Source of the DNA: Rhodobacter capsulatus SB 1003
GTDB taxonomy: Bacteria > Pseudomonadota > Alphaproteobacteria > Rhodobacterales > Rhodobacteraceae
DNA: 32,000 nt
Assembly (NCBI RefSeq): GCF_000021865.1
Contig: NC_014034.1
Span: 960,001 to 992,000, forward strand
Direction of reading: 5' to 3'
Part shown: piece after piece, positions 8,259 to 17,187 of the stretch
Numbering within the stretch: position 1 is the first letter of the stretch
Layout of the letters: the number at the start of each line of letters is the position of its first letter
Program-made: the position numbers and the translations under genes
Notes under the pieces: model-generated
What the model saw: only the letters and a program-made list of their open reading frames with translations
Told to the model about the DNA's origin: nothing
The model's database searches: none

Positions 8259-8830
8259 CCGATCTGACGGCGCGGAAGGCTGCGGCGCGCAAGACCGCCT
8301 TCGGGGCGCGCAAATCCGCCTTTGCGGCGGGGCAGGGCGCGGCCTGCGCGCATCTGCTGGCGGCGCTGATGCGGTTTGAGGGGGCGCCGATGGCGGGTTA
8401 CCTGCCGATCCGCACCGAGATCGACCCGCGCCCGGCGATGGCGGCGCACAGGGGCGCGGTCGGCGTGCCGGTGATTGCGGGCGAGGGCCTGCCGCTGACA
8501 TTCCGCGCCTGGACGCCCGAGGCACCCCTGATCCCCGGTCCGTTCGGCGCCCTTGTCCCCGAAACCGGCGCCGAGATCACGCCGCGGGTGCTGATCGTGC
8601 CGCTGGTCGCCTTTGACCGGCGCGGGTTCCGGCTGGGCTATGGCGGCGGTTTTTACGACCGCACGCTGGAACGGCTGCGCGCGGCCGGGCCGGTGACGGC
8701 GATCGGCTTCGCCTTTGCGGCGCAGGAGCTTGACACCGTGCCGACCGAGCCCACCGATCAGCCGCTTGATCTGATCGTGACCGAGGCCGGGCCGATCCTG
8801 CCGCTGCCCCCCGATCCCGGCCGGGGCTGA
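8255..8830 (+). CDS. 5-formyltetrahydrofolate cyclo-ligase
   Basis: ATGA overlap with the mgtE stop. Family motif: LIVPLVAFDRRGFRLGYGGGFYDRTL. Confidence 0.85.
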   Translation: MTDLTARKAAARKTAFGARKSAFAAGQGAACAHLLAALMRFEGAPMAGYLPIRTEIDPRPAMAAHRGAVGVPVIAGEGLPLTFRAWTPEAPLIPGPFGALVPETGAEITPRVLIVPLVAFDRRGFRLGYGGGFYDRTLERLRAAGPVTAIGFAFAAQELDTVPTEPTDQPLDLIVTEAGPILPLPPDPGRG

Positions 8831-8876
8831 GGCCGCGCGCTCTGGTCAAGCCCGCCCGCGCGGGCTAAAGCGGGGC

Positions 8877-9221
8877 ATGACCGATGACACCCTGCCGCCG
8901 TGCCCCGAATGTGCCAGCACCTTCACCTATCAGGTGGATGCGCTTTTCACCTGTCCCGAATGTGGCCATGAATGGGCCCCCGGCGGCGATGCCGCCGAAA
9001 GCGGCGTGATCCGCGATGCCGTCGGCAATGTGCTCTCCGATGGCGACACGGTGACGGTGATCAAGGATCTCAAGCTCAAGGGCAGCTCGCAGGTGGTCAA
9101 GGTCGGCACCAAGGTCCGCGGCATAAGGCTGGTGCCGGGCGATCACGACATCGATTGCAAGCTGCCCGGCATCGGCCAGATCGGGCTGAAGTCGCAATTC
9201 GTGAAAAAGGTTCAGGACTGA
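8877..9221 (+). CDS. phnA: PhnA/YjdM zinc-ribbon protein
   Basis: N-terminal CPECx..CPECGHEW zinc ribbon and a C-terminal SH3-like domain (VIKDLKLKGSSQVVKVGTKVRGIRLV..DHDIDCK). Confidence 0.9.
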   Translation: MTDDTLPPCPECASTFTYQVDALFTCPECGHEWAPGGDAAESGVIRDAVGNVLSDGDTVTVIKDLKLKGSSQVVKVGTKVRGIRLVPGDHDIDCKLPGIGQIGLKSQFVKKVQD

Positions 9222-9226
9222 CGAAA

Positions 9227-9248
9227 AAGGGCGCCGCGGGGCGCCCTT
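9227..9248. terminator. Bidirectional terminator hairpin between convergent phnA and the CHAP gene
   Basis: Stem AAGGGCGCC / GGCGCCCTT with loop GCGG. It is flanked by an A-run (9224-9228) on one side and a weaker T-containing tract on the other. Confidence 0.6.
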
Positions 9249-9270
9249 GCCGTTTCCGGGGAGGGGGGGC

Positions 9271-9855
9271 TCAGCCCCGGTCCTTGAGGATGAAGCCCGA
9301 GACCGGATAGACCCGGCCCGCGACGCTTTCCTGGCTCATCACCCGGACCTGGCTCCAGTCGTTGTTCTTCGACACGTCATGCACGGTCATGCCCAGCGAC
9401 ACCCGGTTGCGCTGCCAGTTCGCATGATCGATCTTGATCTCGCGCGGCGAGACGACTTCGGAGACCACCGCGACATGGCCCATCGGCATCTTGCGGGTGG
9501 GCGAAAAGGCCATGACCGCGCCCGGTTCGGGACGGTGGCTGCGCGCATAGCGGCCCGAGGCCTTCGACCACCAGGTGCCCGCATTGCCCTGCAGATCGAT
9601 CCCCGAGACAGTGCGCGCGAAGGGCACGCACCAGACCCGGCCGCCGCGCGCCCGCAGTTCCCGCGCCAGCGACACCGCGCTGTCGCGCCGGGCCGGATCG
9701 ACGCCCTCGGGGCGTTCCTGCGCCGAGGCGAAGCTCATCCGCGTGGCCTGGTCGGTTCCGCCGCCGCCGCCGCCGCAAGCCGAAAGCGCGGCCAGAACGG
9801 CAAGAGCGAGGGGAAGCCGGGCAAGGCGCCCGGAGGATGTCAGCGTGATGTTCAT
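9271..9855 (-). CDS. CHAP-domain lipoprotein (putative peptidoglycan amidase/peptidase)
   Basis: Signal peptide with lipobox LSAC followed by a Gly run. CHAP catalytic region: CVPFARTVSG...GHVAVVSEV..IKIDHANW. Confidence 0.8.
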   Translation of the reverse strand: MNITLTSSGRLARLPLALAVLAALSACGGGGGGTDQATRMSFASAQERPEGVDPARRDSAVSLARELRARGGRVWCVPFARTVSGIDLQGNAGTWWSKASGRYARSHRPEPGAVMAFSPTRKMPMGHVAVVSEVVSPREIKIDHANWQRNRVSLGMTVHDVSKNNDWSQVRVMSQESVAGRVYPVSGFILKDRG

Positions 9856-10168
9856 CGGACCTGTAACGAAATGTGAGTGCGTGGCTTCGTCGAGATGACC
9901 TCCTAACCGGGAATGGCATCAAGGTTAAAGCGCTCTGCGGGCGGGGGGCGGAAAACGGGCGGATTCCTGCCGTCAACCGGCTTTCCGGGCAGCGGATTTC
10001 CGCCGAGGCTGAAATTTTTCTCTAGGTCGCCCGATGGGTCCGCGGGGGAGTCGCCCTTTCTGCCGGGGCCCCGGGCCGATGCCGGAACCGGCCCCCGAAC
10101 GCGGCGGAAATGGCGTTTTGCGCAAGGCAACGGTTGCTTTCCGGCGGGGCTTCGGCCTAAGGAAGCCC

Positions 10169-10984
10169 ATGAAGATCTTGTTTCTTGGCGATGTGATGGG
10201 GCGCGCGGGACGTGCGGGGGTGGCGGAACGGCTGCCGAAGCTGCGCGCGGACTGGGGGCTCGATTTCGTCGTGGTGAACGGCGAAAACGCCTCGGGGGGC
10301 ATGGGGCTGACCGGCGAGCATGCGAAACTGCTGCTTGCCGCGGGGGCCGATGTGGTGACGCTGGGCGATCATGCCTTCGACCAGAAGGACATGCTGCGCT
10401 TCATCGAAACCGAGCCGCGGGTGATCCGGCCGCTGAATTACGCGAAAGAGGCGCCCGGCAAGGGCGCGCGGCTGTTCGAGGACCGCCGCGGCCGCAAGGT
10501 TCTGGTCGCGCAGGTGCTGGGCCAGGTCTTCATGAAGCGCCCCTTCGACGATCCGTTCTCGGCGATCGACACCGCCTTGCGCACGCATCCGCTGGGCGGG
10601 CTGGCGCAGGCGATTCTGGTCGACGTGCATTGCGAGGCGACCTCGGAAAAGATGGCGATGGGGCAGTATTGCGACGGCCGCGCCAGCCTTGTCGTCGGCA
10701 CGCATACCCATGTGCCCACCGCCGATGCGGTGATCCTCAAGGGCGGCACCGCCTATCTGTCCGACGCGGGGATGTGCGGCGATTACGACAGCATCATCGG
10801 CATGGAAAAGGCCGAGCCGATGCGCCGGTTCCTGACCGGGATGACGCGCGACCGTTTCACCCCGGCCGAGGGGCCGGTGACGCTTTCGGGCGTCTATGTC
10901 GAGACCGACGACCGCACGGGCAAGGCCACGCGCATTGCCCCGGTGCGGCTGGGCGGGCGGTTGCCCGAGGCGCTGCCGGTCTGA
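10169..10984 (+). CDS. YmdB-like metallophosphoesterase (2',3'-cyclic nucleotide phosphodiesterase family)
   Basis: ATG at 10169 follows AAGGAAG. MKILFLGDVMGRAGR, VVVNGENASGGMG, and DVHCEATSEK..GTHTHVPTAD are YmdB/TIGR00282-type motifs. Confidence 0.85.
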   Translation: MKILFLGDVMGRAGRAGVAERLPKLRADWGLDFVVVNGENASGGMGLTGEHAKLLLAAGADVVTLGDHAFDQKDMLRFIETEPRVIRPLNYAKEAPGKGARLFEDRRGRKVLVAQVLGQVFMKRPFDDPFSAIDTALRTHPLGGLAQAILVDVHCEATSEKMAMGQYCDGRASLVVGTHTHVPTADAVILKGGTAYLSDAGMCGDYDSIIGMEKAEPMRRFLTGMTRDRFTPAEGPVTLSGVYVETDDRTGKATRIAPVRLGGRLPEALPV

Positions 10985-11115
10985 GCCTTGGCCGCCATAT
11001 GTCCGCAAAAACAGCATTTTCCCGCCGACAGCCGAAGATGGCACGGAAAGCGGCGATGAAAGCTTGCCCGCATGGCTTGGGCGGCTAGTATCGCGGCGAA
11101 GCAGAGGGGCCTGAG

Positions 11116-12903
11116 ATGATCGACCTTGGACTGGGCGCCGCGGCGCAGGCATGGCTGTCCATCGCCATCGTGCTGGGCATGTTCGTTCTGTTCGTGCGCG
11201 AAAAGGATCCGCCCGAAGTCATCGCCATCGGCGGCGCCGCCCTGATGCTGGTGCTGGGCCTTGTGCCCTACAAGGAGGCGGTGGGGGCGCTCTCGAATTC
11301 GGCGCCCTGGACGATCGCCTTCATGTTCCTGATCATGGGGGCGCTGGTGCGCACCGGCGCGCTGGACCGCGCCACCCGTGCCGTCGAAAGCCAGATCGAC
11401 GAACGCCCGGCCACCACCACGGCGCTGCTCTTCGCCATCGTCATGGGCGCCTCGGCCTTCATGAACAACACCCCCGTCGTGGCGGTGATGATCCCGATCT
11501 TCATGCAGGCGGCGCGCAAGCTGAACGTGCCGCCCTCGCGGCTTTTGATGCCGCTGTCGTATTTCACCATCATGGGGGGGATGATCACGCTGATCGGCAC
11601 CTCGACCAACATCCTGGTTGACGGGGTGGTGCGCAAGGACGGGATGGCGCCGTTCTCGATCTTCGAGATCGCGCCCGTCGGGCTGGCGATCTGTCTGGCG
11701 GGCTCGCTCTTCATGGCGCTGTTTTCGCGCCGTCTGGTGCCCGACCGGGTCTCGATGGCGGCGACGCTGGGGGGCGGGCGGCCGAAGATGAAATATTTCA
11801 CCGAGGTGGCGATCCCCGAGGAATCGAACCTGATCGGCAAGGGCGTGCTGGAGATCGACATCTTCAAGCGCACCGGGGTCCGGGTGATCGACGTTCTGCG
11901 CGGCGATGCCAGCTTGCGGCGTGATCTGACGGCGGCGGTGCTGGAGGCGGGCGACCGGGTGGTGCTGCGCACCGAGGTCTCGGAGCTTCTGGGCATGCAG
12001 GCCAACAAGGATGTGCGGGTGGTGGACAAGCTGTCCTCGGTCGCCACCGAGACGGTCGAGGTGCTGATCTCGCCCGGCTGCCGGATGATCGGGCGGTCTT
12101 TGGGCGATTTGCGGCTGCGGCGGCGCTATGGCGTCTATGTGCTGGCGGCGCATCGGCGCAACCAGAACATCGGCCGCAAGCTTGACGATCTGGTGGTGGT
12201 CGTGGGTGATACGCTGCTGCTCGAGGGCGCGCCCGAGGATATCGCCCGGCTGGCGCAGGACATGGATCTGGTCGATGTCTCCCGCCCCACCGCGCGGGCG
12301 TTCCGGCGCGGCAAGATGCCGATCGCGGTTCTGGCCCTGCTTGCCGTGGTCGGGCTTTCGGCGCTGGATGTGGCGCCGATCATGGAACTGGCGATGGTGG
12401 CGGTGGCGGTGATCCTGCTGACCCGCTGCATCGATGCCGACGAGGCCTTTTCCTATGTCGATGGCCGGCTTCTGGCGATGATCTTCGCCATGCTGGTGGT
12501 GGGCGAGGGGCTGGACGCCTCGGGGGCGGTTGCGCTCATCGTCGATGCGGTGGCGCCGCTGATGCAGGATCTGCCGCCGATCGCGGCGCTGGCGGCGGTC
12601 TATTTCCTTGGCCTTGCGATGACGGAACTGCTGTCGAACAATGCGGTGGCGGTGATCTTCACGCCGATCGCGATCCAGCTGGCGCATACGCTGGGTCTGG
12701 ACCCGCGCCCCTTTGCCGTGGCGGTGATGTTCTCGGCCTCGGTCGCCTTTGCCACGCCGATCGGCTATCAGACCCACATGATGGTCTATGGGCCGGGCGG
12801 CTACAAATTCTCGGATTTCCTGCGGCTTGGCATTCCGCTCGATATCCTGACCGGCATCGTCGCGGTGCTGGTGATCCCGCTTGTCTGGCCGCTTGTCCCC
12901 TGA
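11116..12903 (+). CDS. SLC13/DASS-type anion permease with two central TrkA-C (RCK C-terminal) domains
   Basis: 595 aa. Hydrophobic N- and C-terminal transporter halves (NNTPVVAVMIPI, LSNNAVAVIFTPIA) flank two TrkA-C-like soluble repeats (..GDRVVLRTEVSELL.., ..GDTLLLEGAPEDIARL..). Confidence 0.85.
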   Translation: MIDLGLGAAAQAWLSIAIVLGMFVLFVREKDPPEVIAIGGAALMLVLGLVPYKEAVGALSNSAPWTIAFMFLIMGALVRTGALDRATRAVESQIDERPATTTALLFAIVMGASAFMNNTPVVAVMIPIFMQAARKLNVPPSRLLMPLSYFTIMGGMITLIGTSTNILVDGVVRKDGMAPFSIFEIAPVGLAICLAGSLFMALFSRRLVPDRVSMAATLGGGRPKMKYFTEVAIPEESNLIGKGVLEIDIFKRTGVRVIDVLRGDASLRRDLTAAVLEAGDRVVLRTEVSELLGMQANKDVRVVDKLSSVATETVEVLISPGCRMIGRSLGDLRLRRRYGVYVLAAHRRNQNIGRKLDDLVVVVGDTLLLEGAPEDIARLAQDMDLVDVSRPTARAFRRGKMPIAVLALLAVVGLSALDVAPIMELAMVAVAVILLTRCIDADEAFSYVDGRLLAMIFAMLVVGEGLDASGAVALIVDAVAPLMQDLPPIAALAAVYFLGLAMTELLSNNAVAVIFTPIAIQLAHTLGLDPRPFAVAVMFSASVAFATPIGYQTHMMVYGPGGYKFSDFLRLGIPLDILTGIVAVLVIPLVWPLVP

Positions 12904-12910
12904 GGTTTTC

Positions 12911-13294
12911 ATGCGTTTCGCCGTCCTGCTGCCCACCCTCCTGCTGCCCGCCGTCCTTGCGCTTTCGGCCTGTTCGCTGCCGCCCGCGCCCGCGCCCAAC
13001 CCGGGGCGCATCGATCTGCTTTCCGACCGGCTGACGGTGCATTTCACCGATGGCAGCCGCTGCAGCGCCGATATCGCCGCCGCGCCCACGGGGGCGCTTG
13101 CGGGCTGCGCGGTGCCGATGACCTATGCGGTCGAGATCCGCCGCAAGATCCATGTTCCGGTCGCCGACGGGCTGATCGAGCCCTATGCAAAGGTCCGGCT
13201 GACCCGGCAATCCGACGGGCGCGTCTTCGACTGGGTCACCCCCGAGGGCGGCGCGTGGCACCGGCCGGTGAATTACGGCCATCAGCCCGGCTGA
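12911..13294 (+). CDS. Hypothetical lipoprotein
   Basis: ATG at 12911 gives MRFAVLLPTLLLPAVLALSAC (lipobox LSAC). I recognise no family. Confidence 0.55.
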   Translation: MRFAVLLPTLLLPAVLALSACSLPPAPAPNPGRIDLLSDRLTVHFTDGSRCSADIAAAPTGALAGCAVPMTYAVEIRRKIHVPVADGLIEPYAKVRLTRQSDGRVFDWVTPEGGAWHRPVNYGHQPG

Positions 13295-13379
13295 GGGGCG
13301 GTTTCATTGGCGCGGCTTGCGGTAAGGCCGGGCTTTGGCTATAGCGGCCGCCAGCACACCAATTCGACGGAGTAGGGGC

Positions 13380-14120
13380 ATGGCAGGCCATTCCAAATGG
13401 GCGAACATCCAGCACCGCAAGGGCAAGCAGGATGCGATCCGCTCGAAGATGTTCTCGAAGCTGGCGAAGGAAATCACCGTCGCCGCCAAGATGGGCGACC
13501 CCGATCCCGACAAGAACCCGCGTCTGCGGCTGGCGGTCAAGGCCGCCAAGGCGCAATCGATGCCCAAGGACGTGATCGACCGCGCGATCAAGAAATCGCA
13601 GATGGGCGATGCGGCGGATTACACGGAAATCCGCTACGAGGGCTATGGCCCGAACGGGATCGCGATCATCGTCGAGGCGATGACCGACAACCTGAACCGC
13701 ACCGCGTCGAACGTGCGCAGCTATTTCACCAAATCGGGCGGCAACATGGGGCAGACCGGCTCGGTCAGCCACGGCTTTGACCGGGTGGGCGAGATTTCCT
13801 ATCCGGCTGCGGTGGGCGATGCCGATGCGGTGATGATGGCGGCGCTGGAAGCGGGCGCCGATGACGTCGAGAGCGACGAAGAGGGCCACTGGATCTATTG
13901 CTCGGTCGAGGCGCTGTCGGAAGTCTCCGAGGCGCTGGAAAAGGCCCTGGGCGAATCGACCGAATCGAAGCTGATCTGGAAGCCGCAGACGACGACCGAA
14001 GTCGATCTGGAAACCGCGCAGAAGCTGATGAAGCTGATCGACGCGCTGGAAGAAGACGACGACGTGCAGACGGTGACGCATAATTTCGACGTGCCCGAGG
14101 ATGTTGCCGCGCAACTCTGA
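13380..14120 (+). CDS. yebC: YebC/PmpR family DNA-binding regulatory protein
   Basis: [24 protein letters not shown] is the hallmark N-terminus. Length is 246 aa. Confidence 0.9.
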   Translation: MAGHSKWANIQHRKGKQDAIRSKMFSKLAKEITVAAKMGDPDPDKNPRLRLAVKAAKAQSMPKDVIDRAIKKSQMGDAADYTEIRYEGYGPNGIAIIVEAMTDNLNRTASNVRSYFTKSGGNMGQTGSVSHGFDRVGEISYPAAVGDADAVMMAALEAGADDVESDEEGHWIYCSVEALSEVSEALEKALGESTESKLIWKPQTTTEVDLETAQKLMKLIDALEEDDDVQTVTHNFDVPEDVAAQL

Positions 14121-14139
14121 ACGCCGCCGGATGGCATTC

Positions 14140-14170
14140 AAAAGGCGCCCCCCGGGGCGCCTTTTGTTTT
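14140..14170 (+). terminator. Rho-independent terminator after yebC
   Basis: Stem AAAAGGCGCC / GGCGCCTTTT with a CCCCGG loop, followed by TTTTGTTTT. Confidence 0.85.
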
Positions 14171-14200
14171 CGCCACGCTGTCGCGTGGCGACCCGCCGTC

Positions 14201-14307
14201 GCCCCCCGGACCCCCCAGCGTATTTGCACCAAGAAAAAGCAGACGGGCGGGATCCGGCATGGCCGTGCGCAGCGGCTTGTTTTCACCTTGCGACAAATAT
14301 CCCGGGG
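14201..14307. repeat. Inverted pair of the dispersed repeat (forward copy 14201-14243, reverse copy 14276-14307)
   Basis: The forward copy gccccccggaccccccagcgtatttgcaccaagaaaaagcag is nearly identical to 25679-25723. The reverse copy cttgttttcaccttgcgacaaatatcccgggg is its imperfect complement. Together they can fold into a long hairpin. Confidence 0.6.
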
Positions 14308-14378
14308 TGTGCGGAAGCCCCCGGCGGGTCGCCTCGGCGACAGCCGAGGCGAAATACCCCCGCCGCAACGGCCGGTTC

Positions 14379-15377
14379 TCAGCCGAACAGGATCAGGTTC
14401 GAGCGCGCGATCACCCAGAGGGTCATCAGCGCATAGGCCGCAAACCCCGCCAGCGCCCAGAGTGTCAGACGGCGCATCACCGCGGGCAGGGGGCTGCGCA
14501 GGCTGCTGCGCGCGGCAAAGGGGCTCACCGCGCCAAGCCCGAGCGCCAGCGCCGTCGCCCCGAAGAGCGGCAGGTAGAACGCATAGCCGACATGGCCGTA
14601 TTCCGGCTTCAGGATGCAGAAGGGGCAGTGATGGTTCGGGTTTTCATAGACATAAAGCGAGATCGTCGAGACCATCGCCACCAGCGCCGCGCCGAAATAG
14701 CCGGCCCCCGCCAGGGCAAAGAGCCCGTGCCCGCGCCCGCTGCGCAGCGCGTGCAGGCCGGTTGCCAGCACCAGCCCCGCCGCGATCGCCAGGGCCCATA
14801 ATGCGGTTGCCGGATCGACCGCCGCCATCTCGTCCGAAATCCCCGCATTGGCCGGGGTGAAGAGCTTCGAGCAGCAGGACGTGATCACATCGGTGCGCAG
14901 ATTGAGGAAATAGGCCAACTGCAGCCCCCCCGTCACCAGAACCAGCGGCGCGATCGCCAGCACGGCGGCATATTTCACCCGCGTCAGCGGGTAATCGCGC
15001 CCCAACCGGTCGACATGATCCAGCACCAGCCAGACCGCCGCCGCGAAAAAGCTGGCGATCTGCCCGGTAAGCGCCGGAAAGCCGTAGCCGTTCACGTTCA
15101 GCGTGCCCACCGCGCACATCGCCCCCACGAACAGCGCCGCCATCCGGTCGGCGTTGAAGACGAACAGGAACAGCGCCGCCGCCTCGGCCGCCATCACCAG
15201 CGCGAAAAGCGTCGAGACCAGTTCGGTGCGCCGCTCCAGCAGCAATTGCCCACGCGCGCCGCTGCTCGGATCCCAGCGCCGCAGCACGGAAATTCCGAAG
15301 CCCGCCGACCAGAGCGCCACCAGCGCGGCCAGCGCCGAGACCAGCAGCAGCGTCAGGATCGGCGTGTGAAAGATCAT
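14379..15377 (-). CDS. Polytopic membrane protein of unknown family with Cys/His motifs (SCC, HHCPFC)
   Basis: 332 aa with about 8 hydrophobic segments. The start overlaps the upstream ABC ATPase stop (ATGA at 15374-15377). Motifs read from the sequence: ITSCCSKLF and ENPNHHCPFCILKPEYGH. Confidence 0.7.
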   Translation of the reverse strand: MIFHTPILTLLLVSALAALVALWSAGFGISVLRRWDPSSGARGQLLLERRTELVSTLFALVMAAEAAALFLFVFNADRMAALFVGAMCAVGTLNVNGYGFPALTGQIASFFAAAVWLVLDHVDRLGRDYPLTRVKYAAVLAIAPLVLVTGGLQLAYFLNLRTDVITSCCSKLFTPANAGISDEMAAVDPATALWALAIAAGLVLATGLHALRSGRGHGLFALAGAGYFGAALVAMVSTISLYVYENPNHHCPFCILKPEYGHVGYAFYLPLFGATALALGLGAVSPFAARSSLRSPLPAVMRRLTLWALAGFAAYALMTLWVIARSNLILFG

Positions 15378-16051
15378 GACCGCACCTGCAGGACCGCGCC
15401 GTCCCGCATCTCGACCACCGCCGTCACCGGCGCGGCCGAAATGATGCGCGGATCATGGCTGGTCAGGATCACCGTTTTCCCCTCGGCCCGCAGCCCGGCG
15501 ACGATGTCAAGAAAGCGCAGCGCCAGCGCGGTATCGAGATTGGCCGTCGGCTCGTCGGCGATCAGCACCGGCGCGTCATTCACCAGCGCCCGGGCAATCG
15601 CCGCGCGCTGCGTCTCGCCGCCCGACAGCACCTCGACCGGCATCCGCGCCTTCCCCGCCAGGCCAAGCGCCGCGAGCCGCGCCAGCGCCCGCGCTTCAAC
15701 CACCGCGCGATCCTCGCCCAGCGGCGCCGCGGGCAGCATCACGTTTTCCAGCACCGACAGGCCCCGGATCAGGTTGAAGCGCTGAAAGACAAAGCCGAAC
15801 CGGCGCCGCCGCAGATCGGTCAGGAAGCGCTCGGGCAGGGAGGAAATCACCTCGCCCGCCAGCGTGATCCGCCCCGTCGTCGGCCGCGCCATGCAGCCCA
15901 CCAGGCTGAGAAGCGTCGTCTTGCCCGAGCCTGAAGGCCCCATCACCACCGTCACCCCCGGCGCGATCGCCAGATCGATGTCGCGCAGCGCGGTGACTTC
16001 GTTCGGGCGGCCTTCGTTGTAGGTCTTTGAAACGCCGTGCAAGGTGATCAT
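15374..16051 (-). CDS. ABC transporter ATP-binding protein, MacB/LolD-like
   Basis: Start MITLHGVSKTY at 16051. Walker A GPSGSGKTT, signature LSGGETQR, Walker B VLIADEPT, H-loop TSHD. ATGA overlap with the permease stop (16048-16051). Confidence 0.9.
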   Translation of the reverse strand: MITLHGVSKTYNEGRPNEVTALRDIDLAIAPGVTVVMGPSGSGKTTLLSLVGCMARPTTGRITLAGEVISSLPERFLTDLRRRRFGFVFQRFNLIRGLSVLENVMLPAAPLGEDRAVVEARALARLAALGLAGKARMPVEVLSGGETQRAAIARALVNDAPVLIADEPTANLDTALALRFLDIVAGLRAEGKTVILTSHDPRIISAAPVTAVVEMRDGAVLQVRS

Positions 16052-17187
16052 CGCATCACCGCATCCGGGTCGGCCGCCGCGCTGCGCCAGACCGGAACCA
16101 CGGTCGCGGCGGCATAGGGCAGGGTGGTCAGAAGAAACAAGGTCAGCAGCTGCGCCGTGTCGATCGCGGGGCTGAGCCGGAACTCGGGATAGATCACCGC
16201 CCAGCCCTGCAGCAGCGGCGCGAAAAGCGCCGCCCCCGCCCAGAACACATGCGCATAGGCCAGCACAGTGCCGAGCACAAACGCCCCGCCCGAGATCAGC
16301 CCCCCCTCCCAAAGCTTCATCGCGATCACGTCGCGCGTGTCCCAGCCGATCGCCTTCAGAATGCCGATTTCGCGCGCCTCCTCGGCGGAAAGCCCGCTGG
16401 CCTTGTCGGCGGCAAAGATCGCGAAAGCCAGCATCGCGACGAAAGCCAGCGCCACCATCACCCCCTCGCGCCAGTCGAAAAGCTTCTGATAGGTGCGGGC
16501 GATGTCGCCCCGGGTGACAAAACGGGCCTCGGGCAGCCGGGCCGTGGCTTTTTCGACCACGGTCGACAGCTCGCGCGGGTTGCGCACCGTCACCGCCAGA
16601 TCGGTGAACTGCCCCGCAGGCACGTTGAAAAAGCTGCGGAAATCGGCCTCGTTCATCAAGATCAGATCGGCGCTGACCAGCGCCAGTTCGGTGTCCAGCG
16701 TGCGGGCGACGTCGAAGCGCACCAGATCGCCCTCGTGGCGCGACAGGAACAGCGGCGTGCCCTGCCATTTGAAATCGCGCAGCCGCGGCACCGCTTCGCC
16801 CAGGATCACCTGCCCCGGCGGCGGGATCAGCGCGGCGGTGCCCGGCACCATCACCGTGTAATTCGCCCCGTTGATCCGGTCGTAAAAATAGCCCCAAAGC
16901 CGCCCCTCGACCCCGGCGACGCCGCGGATTGCGGCAAGCTGCGGCACCGCCTCGGCGCCGATCATCGTCTGACGGCCAAGGCTGAGGCTTTGCACGATCA
17001 GATCGGGGGCGCTGGCCAGTGTCGCCTCGGCCTCGCGACGCAGAGAAGCGGCCAGGAACATCGCCGAGGCCAGCAGGAACACGACCGCGGCAAAGACCGC
17101 GACGAGGGCGAGCGTCTTGACCCGCCGCCGCGCCAGCGCCGCGACGGTGAAATCCAGAAGCGCGCGATGCCGGTTCAGCGCGCTCAT
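16048..17187 (-). CDS. FtsX-like (MacB/LolCE-type) ABC permease
   Basis: Start MSALNRH at 17187. One N-terminal TM is followed by a periplasmic domain of about 200 aa, then 3 TMs with REIGILKAIGW, which is typical of the FtsX family. Confidence 0.85.
   Translation of the reverse strand: MSALNRHRALLDFTVAALARRRVKTLALVAVFAAVVFLLASAMFLAASLRREAEATLASAPDLIVQSLSLGRQTMIGAEAVPQLAAIRGVAGVEGRLWGYFYDRINGANYTVMVPGTAALIPPPGQVILGEAVPRLRDFKWQGTPLFLSRHEGDLVRFDVARTLDTELALVSADLILMNEADFRSFFNVPAGQFTDLAVTVRNPRELSTVVEKATARLPEARFVTRGDIARTYQKLFDWREGVMVALAFVAMLAFAIFAADKASGLSAEEAREIGILKAIGWDTRDVIAMKLWEGGLISGGAFVLGTVLAYAHVFWAGAALFAPLLQGWAVIYPEFRLSPAIDTAQLLTLFLLTTLPYAAATVVPVWRSAAADPDAVMR

Noticed and set aside
8831-8876. 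6S RNA (ssrS) near the 5-formyl-THF cyclo-ligase gene
   Set aside because: The flanking gaps are a 4-nt overlap upstream and 46 nt downstream. These are far too short for an RNA of about 160-190 nt.
9903-10130. 75-aa minus-strand ORF in the long CHAP/ymdB intergenic region
   Set aside because: It is P/G/R-rich, has no SD and no recognisable fold features, and overlaps other equally poor ORFs. It is not supportable as a gene.
10894-13089. 731-aa minus-strand ORF opposite the SLC13 permease gene
   Set aside because: The translation is low-complexity and R/H/D/G-rich (RRHRDP..., HRHRHH...), while the plus-strand frame gives a clean transporter with TrkA-C domains. Shadow ORF.
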